Source: an uncultured Eubacteriales bacterium (GTDB lineage: Bacteria; Bacillota; Clostridia; Oscillospirales; Acutalibacteraceae). From it: a DNA stretch of 64,000 nt. Positions within the stretch are counted from its first letter, which is position 1, and each line of letters opens with the position of its first letter. The notes beneath the pieces were generated by a model. That model did not search any database and had not been told where the DNA came from. It saw nothing but the letters and a program-made list of their open reading frames with translations. The stretch lies in NCBI GenBank assembly GCA_934476545.1, contig CAKSOB010000001.1, positions 96,986 to 160,985 on the forward strand. The letters are read 5' to 3'. A program made the translations under genes and the position numbers. Below are positions 48,749 to 56,050 of this stretch, in pieces.

Positions 48749-49043
48749 TGTGGAAAAATCACGCCTTTCGTAAATGGAGTTGGCTTTCTCCCTGCACAAA
48801 ATATAGGGTAGAAAGTATATGTTTAATTTAGCAGTCTTAGTAGGGGGCGATGAAATGTTGAAAACTTTAAATTTTGGGAGAACCATGGGAATTTTCAACA
48901 TTTTTATTTCAAAACCGGAGTGTTGAGAATTTGTGGAAGAAAAATTAAAAGTATTTTCTTTCAACAAGTCCGTTTAAAAAGGGATGTTGAAAGTTTAAAA
49001 CTTGTTGATTGTTTCCCGCAAAAAATTCCACAATTTGTCAACA
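48749..49043. other. oriC part 1: DnaA-box-like 9-mer cluster and AT-rich stretch between dnaA and dnaN
   Basis: CCACA-type boxes: TGTGGAAAA 48749, TGTGGAAGA 48932, AATTCCACA 49024. CAACA-type boxes: TGTTGAAAA 48856, TTTTCAACA 48892, TGTTGAGAA 48921, CTTTCAACA 48958, TGTTGAAAG 48985, TGTTGATTG 49003, TTGTCAACA 49035. Confidence 0.7.
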
Positions 49044-49125
49044 AAAAAGCAGCCCAAAATCCCGTAACTGCAAGATGAACTGGATATGGAACCGAAAAAA
49101 TGATTTGCTGTTTGTTCCATTCAGA

Positions 49126-49167
49126 GAACGAAACTCCCCTTGTTTGATAAAACTATCGAAAGGGGAG
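49126..49167 (-). terminator. Probable intrinsic terminator after dnaA
   Basis: CTCCCCTT...AAGGGGAG stem, followed on the minus strand by TTTCGTTC. Confidence 0.45.
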
Positions 49168-49214
49168 AACGTTGTTCTGGTGTGAGATTGCCGGGGATCA
49201 TATCTCGAAAGGAG

Positions 49215-50531
49215 TTAACGATTTCGGATATTTTTAATGATATCACTCACGGTATTTTTTGTTTTTGGATCTTTTTCCATCAGTTCTTCCGCTTGCTGAA
49301 CGGAGTAAACCATGGTGGAGTGGTTGCGGTTTCCGAATTCTTTTCCGATGTACTCCAAAGGTTGTTGGGTAATTTCCCGCACAACATAAATTGCAATTTG
49401 TCTTGCTCTGGAAATATTTGCCTGCCGCTTGGAGGAACGAATATCTTCGGTGGTGGTGCCGTATGTGCGGGCAACCTCATCAATGATTTTTTCAATGGTA
49501 ACCGGTGCCGGCTGATCATTATTGATAATATCGCTGATCGCTGCTTGTGCCGATTGAATGCTCGGCGGAACGCCGGTCAGTTTTTGTTGTGCTTGAATTT
49601 TCTTTACGGCACCTTCCAACTGACGAATGTTGTTTTTGAGTTTTTTTGCAATATGATCTGCAACTTCATCCGGCAAATCAATATGCAGCAGTTCCGCCTT
49701 TCGGCGAATGATCGCAATTCTTGTTTCAAAATCCGGTGGCTGAATATCAGCGGTCAAGCCCCACTCAAATCGACTTTGCAAACGCTCTTCCAAGGTTGCA
49801 ATGTCTTTTGGCGGACGGTCGGATGTGAGTACAATTTGCTTTTTGGTTTCATACAATGTATTGAATGTATGGAAGAATTCTTCCTGAGTAGATTCTTTAC
49901 CGCCGATAAACTGTACGTCATCCACCAGAAGCACGTCGGCTTTCCGATATTTCTCTCGGAATACCGGTGTGGTACCTTGACGGATGGATTCGATCATTTC
50001 GTTGGTAAAATCGTCACCTTTTACATAAACAATCTTTGCATTGGGGTTGTTATCTCCAACCGCCTTTGCAATTGCATACAAAAGGTGGGTTTTTCCTAAA
50101 CCCGGATTTCCGTAAATAAAGAGAGGATTATATAGCATAGCAGGCTTTTCTGCTACGGCAATGGCTGCCGCATGGGCAAATTTGTTGGAGGAACCCACAA
50201 TAAAGGTGTCAAAGGTAAATTCGTAATCATCCTTTTGAACCGGTGGGAGCAGCTCCGACTTTTTCAGCTGCTGTTGATCGGTAATGTATTCGATAGTAAA
50301 GGTGGAACCGAGAATCGCCATAAAGGCTTCGTTGAATAATTCGTTATAAGACTTAATCAACAGGTTCCGATGAAAGTCCGTAGGAACCTGCAGGGTGATT
50401 ACACCGGTGCCAAAATCCAATGATACCGGTTTGATGCACTCAACCCAAGTGCTGTATGCAATGTCACTCAAATTGCCGGTTTCTCTGCAATATTGACAGA
50501 CGGAATCCCATACTTGTGAAAATGATTCCAT
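49215..50531 (-). CDS. dnaA: Chromosomal replication initiator protein DnaA
   Basis: Walker A GNPGLGKTHLL, LLVDDVQF, and the domain IV helix-turn-helix (IAIYVVREIT...IGKEFGNRNHSTMVYS). Confidence 0.97.
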   Translation of the reverse strand: MESFSQVWDSVCQYCRETGNLSDIAYSTWVECIKPVSLDFGTGVITLQVPTDFHRNLLIKSYNELFNEAFMAILGSTFTIEYITDQQQLKKSELLPPVQKDDYEFTFDTFIVGSSNKFAHAAAIAVAEKPAMLYNPLFIYGNPGLGKTHLLYAIAKAVGDNNPNAKIVYVKGDDFTNEMIESIRQGTTPVFREKYRKADVLLVDDVQFIGGKESTQEEFFHTFNTLYETKKQIVLTSDRPPKDIATLEERLQSRFEWGLTADIQPPDFETRIAIIRRKAELLHIDLPDEVADHIAKKLKNNIRQLEGAVKKIQAQQKLTGVPPSIQSAQAAISDIINNDQPAPVTIEKIIDEVARTYGTTTEDIRSSKRQANISRARQIAIYVVREITQQPLEYIGKEFGNRNHSTMVYSVQQAEELMEKDPKTKNTVSDIIKNIRNR

Positions 50532-50717
50532 AAAGGCTTCGTTCTCCTTCCTTGTAAGTATTAATTTTAAAAATCCTTATAAAAGGTTGCTCCGCTTATT
50601 CATAAGCGTGTTTACTTGAATCCTGTTTTTCCGGAGAATTTTCCCGTAAATCAAGAAAATGGTACGGTAAAAAACAAGATTCCATACCAAGTGTTATTTT
50701 AGCACAAACCTTTTGAC

Positions 50718-50825
50718 TTTTCAACGATTTTTCAACAATGGTCGAAAGGGGAATTTTTCCGCCACCTTCGACTGTTTCGACACGGAAAACCCAATAAATT
50801 GTGGTTTTGAAATTACAAACCACAA
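50718..50825. other. oriC part 2: DnaA-box-like and Spo0A-box-like motifs upstream of dnaA
   Basis: DnaA-box-like: TTTTCAACG 50718, TTTTCAACA 50729, TGTGGTTTT 50800, CAAACCACA 50816. Spo0A-box-like: GGTCGAA 50740, TTCGACT 50767, TTCGACA 50776. Confidence 0.6.
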
Positions 50826-51067
50826 TCATGGTTTAAAACCTTAGAGAACCTGACAAAAAATGCAGCAAAAGCACCAAAAAAATTTATAAAACAATCAGAA
50901 ATTTTCTCTTTTCTTTTTTTTGATTGTGTGGTATACTCAATGAGTGTAAATTGATAAGTGTGACTTTGCAGCGCAGTTTCCGCAAACCTGTTTTTTGACC
51001 GACACCGCCGGAAACGCTGCGGCATCATGCGAAATTGCAAGGTTTTACCCGAAAGGAGGGTTATTCT

Positions 51068-51202
51068 ATGCTGAGAACATACCAGCCAAAGAAGCTCCAC
51101 AGAAAAAAGGAGCACGGTTTCAGAAAAAGAATGGCAGACCGCAACGGCCGTAAAGTTTTGGCTCGTCGCAGAGCAAAGGGCAGAAAGCGCTTGAGCCACT
51201 AA
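51068..51202 (+). CDS. rpmH: 50S ribosomal protein L34
   Basis: Below the ORF-track size cutoff. My translation is [44 protein letters not shown], with GGAGGG upstream. Confidence 0.95.
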   Translation: MLRTYQPKKLHRKKEHGFRKRMADRNGRKVLARRRAKGRKRLSH

Positions 51203-51308
51203 ATGAGCGAAAGAAGGCCACAACTGTTCGTGGCCTTTTTCTTTACTCCAAAGTTTCAGATTGAGAAGTTCGTATGCTGCCCAACAGGGCGGAAATGGAT
51301 GGTTGACC

Positions 51309-51692
51309 ATGGAATTGCAAGCAAAATCCGTTGCCGGCAGACCGGCAAAGCGGTATAAGATTGTTGCCGTTAATGAAAATAGGGATTTTAAGAGAGCCTA
51401 TGCAAAGGGGAAATCTTCGGTTTCTCCCATGTTGGTGACTTATCATTCTAAAAATAGAGGCAAGCATTTGCGGGTGGGGATTACTGCCAGCAAAAAAATC
51501 GGCAATGCCGTGCAGCGCAATCGTAGCCGTCGTGTAATTCGGGCAGCGTTTCAATCGTTGTTGCCGAGAATGGACAAGAACCGAAATCTCGATCTGATTT
51601 TTGTGGCACGGGGAAAAACACCCTTTGTCAAAAGCACTGCGGTACAAAAGGTAATGGAAAAACATCTGAAGGAGGCGGGAATTCTGCGATGA
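51309..51692 (+). CDS. rnpA: Ribonuclease P protein component
   Basis: RNR motif region [17 protein letters not shown]. Position is after rpmH. The start codon choice (51309) is uncertain. Confidence 0.85.
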   Translation: MELQAKSVAGRPAKRYKIVAVNENRDFKRAYAKGKSSVSPMLVTYHSKNRGKHLRVGITASKKIGNAVQRNRSRRVIRAAFQSLLPRMDKNRNLDLIFVARGKTPFVKSTAVQKVMEKHLKEAGILR

Positions 51693-51907
51693 AAAAGTTA
51701 CTCATCCAGTTTGTCCGATTCTATCAGGTCGCCATTTCGGCCAAGCGTCCGCCTTGCTGCAAATATATGCCTACTTGCTCCGCATATGCCATTGAGGCAT
51801 TGGAGCGGTTTGGTGCTTTCAAGGGTTCGGCGTTGGCAATTTGGCGGATTTTGCGGTGTAATCCCCTTAGCCGAGGTGGCTATGACCCTGTCCCTGAAAA
51901 AAAGTGA
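51689..51907 (+). CDS. yidD: Membrane protein insertion efficiency factor YidD
   Basis: [20 protein letters not shown] motif. The start overlaps the rnpA stop. Confidence 0.9.
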   Translation: MKKLLIQFVRFYQVAISAKRPPCCKYMPTCSAYAIEALERFGAFKGSALAIWRILRCNPLSRGGYDPVPEKK

Positions 51908-51972
51908 AAAAGAACGATTCTGGGAAAGTGGTAGGATTTACCGCTTTCCGCTAGGATTTAAGGAGTGCGCCA

Positions 51973-52971
51973 ATGGATATTTTTAACTTTTTAGGCAGCA
52001 TTTTCGGTTATGTTCTGTATTTCTTCTACTCCATCGTACAAAACTACGGTTTGGCGATCATCGTCTTTACGATTTTGGTCAGAGCCGCCATGTTCCCACT
52101 GAATATCAGACAGCAAAAATCTACGGCAGCGTCCGGTCGGATTGCGGAAAAGCAAAAAGAGCTGCGGGAAAAATATGGCAACGATAAGGACAAGTATCAA
52201 GAAGAGGTGCAGAAGCTGTACGCCCAAGAAGGCGCCAGCCCCGGAGGCGGATGCGTTACCATGCTCATTCCCTTCCCGATTATGCTTGGCTTGTACTATG
52301 CAATCGTTTACCCATTGTCCAATGCGCTGCATCTGACGGCTTCTTCTATCAATGCAGCCACCACCATGCTCAGTCAGATCCCGGGTATCAGCTCTTCCTT
52401 CTCCAGCCGGTTTGTACAGATGGAGATCGTTAAGAACTTTGACACCCTGAAGCCATACCTCAATCAGGTTTGGACCAACGATGAAATTGCCAGTGTGGAC
52501 AAGTTTGCAAACAGCTGTAACTTCCTTGGTTTGGACCTGCTCCAAACACCTTGGGGCGGCCCGGCTGTTCTGTGGATTATTCCGATCCTGTGCTTGCTCA
52601 TTTCGGTAGGTACACAGGTTTACTCTTTGTTTACCAACGAGGCAATGCGGAATCAGCAGGGCTGCATGAAGGTTTCCCTGTTGCTCATGCCGCTGTTGAC
52701 CGCTTATCTGGCATTGACCATGCCGGGTGCAATCGGTTTCTACTGGGTAATTTCTAACATCGCTACTTTTGCACAGGTATTTGTTACCAACAAATTCTTC
52801 AGCAGAGAGCACGTTTCTGCCAACAAAGAAGCCCGAAGAATCGCCAGACGAGAACTGGAAGAAGCCAATGTGCCGGAAATTCCGTTGTCTGAGCGAAGAA
52901 CGATTACCGCCGAGAATGTGCGGAATCAGGGAACGGCAAACAACAGCCAAAAGAAAAAGAAGAAAAAATAA
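51973..52971 (+). CDS. yidC: YidC/Oxa1-family membrane protein insertase (SpoIIIJ-like)
   Basis: A polytopic 60-kDa-IMP core and a basic C-terminal tail (KKKKKK), in the rnpA-yidD-yidC-jag context. Confidence 0.9.
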   Translation: MDIFNFLGSIFGYVLYFFYSIVQNYGLAIIVFTILVRAAMFPLNIRQQKSTAASGRIAEKQKELREKYGNDKDKYQEEVQKLYAQEGASPGGGCVTMLIPFPIMLGLYYAIVYPLSNALHLTASSINAATTMLSQIPGISSSFSSRFVQMEIVKNFDTLKPYLNQVWTNDEIASVDKFANSCNFLGLDLLQTPWGGPAVLWIIPILCLLISVGTQVYSLFTNEAMRNQQGCMKVSLLLMPLLTAYLALTMPGAIGFYWVISNIATFAQVFVTNKFFSREHVSANKEARRIARRELEEANVPEIPLSERRTITAENVRNQGTANNSQKKKKKK

Positions 52972-52998
52972 GATGTTGTATAAAGGAGCGTTTGACCG

Positions 52999-53670
52999 TT
53001 GAGGAGAGAAGCAGTAGCAACGGGTGATACCGTCGAAAAGGCATTTGCCAATGCGTGTGAAATGCTGGGTGTCGCAGAAACAGAAGCGGAGTGTGAACTT
53101 CTCGAAAAACCAACGAAGAAAACTTTCGGATTATTCGGCGGAAACCCGGCAAAGGTTCGGGCTATTGCACGAGAAAAGAGTCCGTCAGAACGGGCAGCGG
53201 ATTATATGTGTGACGTAATTACCGCAATGGGCGTTACAGAAGCAACCGTGACCGTTCGGGAGGAACGAGAGGAAGATTCGGAGCTGGAAATTAACGGCAA
53301 CAATGTACGAATGATCATCGGACACCGTGGAGAAACACTGGATGCGCTGCAATATTTGGCGTGTTTGGTGGCGAACACCGAGAAGGATGGGTACCACAGA
53401 GTAACATTAGATGTGGGAAACTATCGGGAAAAGCGGAAGGAAACATTGGAGCAGCTGGGCCGCAAAATGGCACAGAAAGCATTGCGTACAGGTCGTCCCT
53501 GTGCGCTGGAACCAATGAATCCGTATGAACGGCGAATCATTCATGCAGTGGTGCAAGAGATTGACGGCGTTGTTTCCTGGTCAGACGGCCAGGACCAAAA
53601 GCGACATATTGTGGTAGGTCCGGAGGGTTCCGAGCGAATCCGTCGGACAGCTCGCAAGCAGAAAAGTTAA
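52999..53670 (+). CDS. jag: Jag/KhpB RNA-binding protein (Jag_N-KH-R3H)
   Basis: R3H motif EPMNPYERRIIH. TTG start 10 nt after AAAGGAG. Confidence 0.85.
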   Translation: MRREAVATGDTVEKAFANACEMLGVAETEAECELLEKPTKKTFGLFGGNPAKVRAIAREKSPSERAADYMCDVITAMGVTEATVTVREEREEDSELEINGNNVRMIIGHRGETLDALQYLACLVANTEKDGYHRVTLDVGNYREKRKETLEQLGRKMAQKALRTGRPCALEPMNPYERRIIHAVVQEIDGVVSWSDGQDQKRHIVVGPEGSERIRRTARKQKS

Positions 53671-53701
53671 AAAACCGTGGCTTTAAGCCACGGTTTTTTT
53701 C
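53671..53701 (+). terminator. Intrinsic terminator after jag
   Basis: CCGTGGCT-TTA-AGCCACGG followed by T8. Confidence 0.8.
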
Positions 53702-53815
53702 TTTGCCCTAAAATTCCGATTTCAACCATTTTTTAAAAGCGTGTGGAAAATTACAAAATCGCCTAATTTTATTTTTACCACAGATAGAAAAGAAGAAAAC
53801 AGGATAGATTTTCTA

Positions 53816-53844
53816 TTGACAATACAGCTGTTTTTGGATATATT
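53816..53844 (+). promoter_or_regulatory. Sigma-A-type promoter of surface-protein cassette A (TTGACA-17-TATATT)
   Basis: Hexamers at 53816-53821 and 53839-53844. The partial palindrome ATAGATTTTCTAT abuts the -35. Confidence 0.6.
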
Positions 53845-53850
53845 ATACAT

Positions 53851-54002
53851 AATAGGGAGTTCTTGGAAATTTACAGAAAGGAGGAACAGTAAGCCAAGAA
53901 CCCACTCGAATTATGAATACGGAAAACATCTCGAACGAATATGGAAAGAAGAATGACAAGAAAAATTGCAGCAAACCAATCTTATGGAAGAGGAGATGTA
54001 CC
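53851..54002 (+). promoter_or_regulatory. Conserved 5-prime leader A (hairpin 53855-53903 with an AAAGGAGG-containing loop; ATGAATACGGAA element)
   Basis: Near-identical blocks are shared with leader B: TTCTTGGAAATTYACAGAAAGGAGRAAC...CCAAGAACCC...AATTATGAATACRGAA...GGAGATGTAC. Confidence 0.5.
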
Positions 54003-55751
54003 ATGAAAAAACAGATGATTCTCAAGCGCATTGCGCCTATTTTGGTGGTGTTTTGTATTTTTGCTACCGTTTTACCCACCACGGTATTTGCGGCGGATAC
54101 CCCTAAGATTACCCTAAAAAGCGGTGAGGAGGCACCTTCTACAATTTATACAGAGCACAGATATACCTTAACGGTAAAAGGGGAAAGGGTAAAGTTTTAC
54201 ACCTCTAATAAAAAGATTGCCACCATTGGTGTGACTACCGGAAAAATGAGCGTAACCGCACCCGGAACCGTGACCATTACAGCAAAAAATGTAAAGACAA
54301 AGAAAACGATTGCAACGAAAACCTTTACGGTAAATCAGCGAGCAAAGAGTATTTCCACCAACAAGCGTGAAGTTTATCTTTCGGAATACAACGAAAAGGA
54401 AGTGATTCAAGCGGCACTCACTCCCACCACTTCTACTGATGTCGTACGGTTTTTCAGTACCAATAAAACTGTTGCAGCAGTTGGTTTGACCAACGGAATA
54501 ATTCGGGCAAGGGAAAAAGGACACGGCCAGATTAAAGTGTATGCTAAAGCAACTAGGGGAACAGCAAACAGCAGTGAATATAATAAGATCGCAGTGGTGG
54601 ATGTGTATGTAGGGGCTTATATGAAAAAAGTGGAGCAGGACGGAAAATATCTTGCAGTCAGCTTTAAGAGTGCTTCTGTTCCCAAAACAACTCCGGAGGA
54701 TTATCGTCTTGTAAACAAAGCAACCAAACAAGAAATCCCTGTAAAAAATGTAAGTATTCGGGATGGAAAAGCCGTATTGGAAATGACAGAAGAACTTCAG
54801 ATTGGCGAGGAGTACATGCTGCATTGTGGAGAAACTTCCCTTCCAATTACCTTTGCCCCATACGGAGTTGGAGATTTGCGGCTGAAGTATGGAAAAATTA
54901 TAGGTGGTCCGATGTCCCTTACAGTGCAGACTTTTGCCTCTGAAAATAGCGTGATGCCATTGGACGAGTACGATTTGAATGATCTTCCAAGGAATATCAA
55001 AGCGTCGATTCAAACGGAAAACGGTTATGTAACAAGCGATAACAAGCTGGTACTCCGTCAGTTTGGTGATACCGCAACGGTAACAGCCACCTACCACACC
55101 AACCGGTGGAACGCAAAGGGAGAAGAAGAGGGGAATATCACCAAGGAATTTACCATTACTGCCGATGAAAATGCATTTATAAACTATAAAATAGAGCGGG
55201 TGGAGTATACCTACACCGGTACCTCAGAAGATTATATTACAGTTCAACTAAATTATCCACTCAACCAAGATTATAGAGTTATGATGGGGTGGCCGAAGTA
55301 TTTTCAATTACAAATACACCCTCCATATCCTCCCTCTGATAGCAATTGGTCTAGGAACTATATAGTTTATAGTACCAAGAGAGTTGGGGAAGGTAATCGT
55401 ATTGTAATAAGCTTCCCATCAGACCTATTATATGATGGCGGAACCTATGTATTTCGGGTGTTTCGTTTTGGAACAGCCCTGAGTCATCAGTCGGAACCCT
55501 TCACCATTCACAAGCGAACCTACTACCCATCGGCACCGACTCCAACCCCAACACCGGATGGACCTACCACCGATACGGATGGCTCCGATAAAGATGATAC
55601 AGGGGATACGATGCCTCCAACAGACGGAGATGACGACAATAACGGTGATACACCTCCAACAGATAGAGATGACGACAATAACGGTGATACACCTCCAACA
55701 GATAGAGATGACGACAATAACGACAATACCCCTGCAACGGACAAGAAATAA
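54003..55751 (+). CDS. Secreted multi-domain surface protein A (signal peptide, two Big_2-like Ig domains, further beta-sandwich modules, acidic repeat tail)
   Basis: MKKQMILKRIAPILVVFCIFATVLPTTVFA signal peptide. Big_2-like modules (YTLTVKG..VKFYTSNKKIATIG..TGKMSVTAPGTVTITAK). No LPXTG, SLH or CW-binding motif seen. Confidence 0.75.
   Translation: MKKQMILKRIAPILVVFCIFATVLPTTVFAADTPKITLKSGEEAPSTIYTEHRYTLTVKGERVKFYTSNKKIATIGVTTGKMSVTAPGTVTITAKNVKTKKTIATKTFTVNQRAKSISTNKREVYLSEYNEKEVIQAALTPTTSTDVVRFFSTNKTVAAVGLTNGIIRAREKGHGQIKVYAKATRGTANSSEYNKIAVVDVYVGAYMKKVEQDGKYLAVSFKSASVPKTTPEDYRLVNKATKQEIPVKNVSIRDGKAVLEMTEELQIGEEYMLHCGETSLPITFAPYGVGDLRLKYGKIIGGPMSLTVQTFASENSVMPLDEYDLNDLPRNIKASIQTENGYVTSDNKLVLRQFGDTATVTATYHTNRWNAKGEEEGNITKEFTITADENAFINYKIERVEYTYTGTSEDYITVQLNYPLNQDYRVMMGWPKYFQLQIHPPYPPSDSNWSRNYIVYSTKRVGEGNRIVISFPSDLLYDGGTYVFRVFRFGTALSHQSEPFTIHKRTYYPSAPTPTPTPDGPTTDTDGSDKDDTGDTMPPTDGDDDNNGDTPPTDRDDDNNGDTPPTDRDDDNNDNTPATDKK
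55614..55730 (+). repeat. Three tandem 39-bp repeats encoding PPTD(G/R)DDDNNGDT
   Basis: Units at 55614-55652, 55653-55691 and 55692-55730. Units 2 and 3 are nearly identical. Confidence 0.85.
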
Positions 55752-55761
55752 ATTCTGCAAG

Positions 55762-55784
55762 CCACCCTTCGGGGTGGTTTTTTC
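55762..55784 (+). terminator. Intrinsic terminator of cassette A
   Basis: CCACCC-TTCG-GGGTGG followed by T6. Confidence 0.8.
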
Positions 55785-55899
55785 AACAGTCTTTGAAAGT
55801 TCTGTGGAAAAAATAGAATCTTTTTTCATAAAATACATCACAAACAGAATGATCTGTATCTCATATTTAAAAAAAATAAAATACGGGATAGAATTTTTA

Positions 55900-55928
55900 T
55901 TGACAATGCAGTTTATTTTGGATATGTT
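55900..55928 (+). promoter_or_regulatory. Sigma-A-type promoter of surface-protein cassette B (TTGACA-17-TATGTT)
   Basis: Hexamers at 55900-55905 and 55923-55928. Paralogous to 53816-53844. Confidence 0.6.
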
Positions 55929-55934
55929 ATACAT

Positions 55935-56050
55935 AGGAGAAGATTCTTGGAAATTCACAGAAAGGAGAAACGATAGGCCAAGAACCCCCAAAATTATGAA
56001 TACAGAAGGAAAAACAATCTCAATCATCTAATCACAAAGGGAGATGTACT
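55935..56050 (+). promoter_or_regulatory. Conserved 5-prime leader B (hairpin 55944-55984; 11-codon MNTEGKTISII element)
   Basis: Paralogous to leader A, with the same stem TTCTTGG/CCAAGAA and the same loop motif ACAGAAAGGAG. Confidence 0.5.

Noticed and set aside
49140-50099. 319-aa plus-strand ORF
   Set aside because: It is antisense to dnaA. It is Cys/Phe-rich with no SD.
53913-54002. Longer N-terminus for surface protein A (MNTENISNEYGKKND...) as given in the ORF track
   Set aside because: The ATG at 53913 has no SD. The ATG at 54003 follows GGAGATGTACC and starts a canonical signal peptide. In paralogue B the equivalent MNTE frame terminates after 11 codons. The conserved ATGAATAC element is retained as part of the leader finding.
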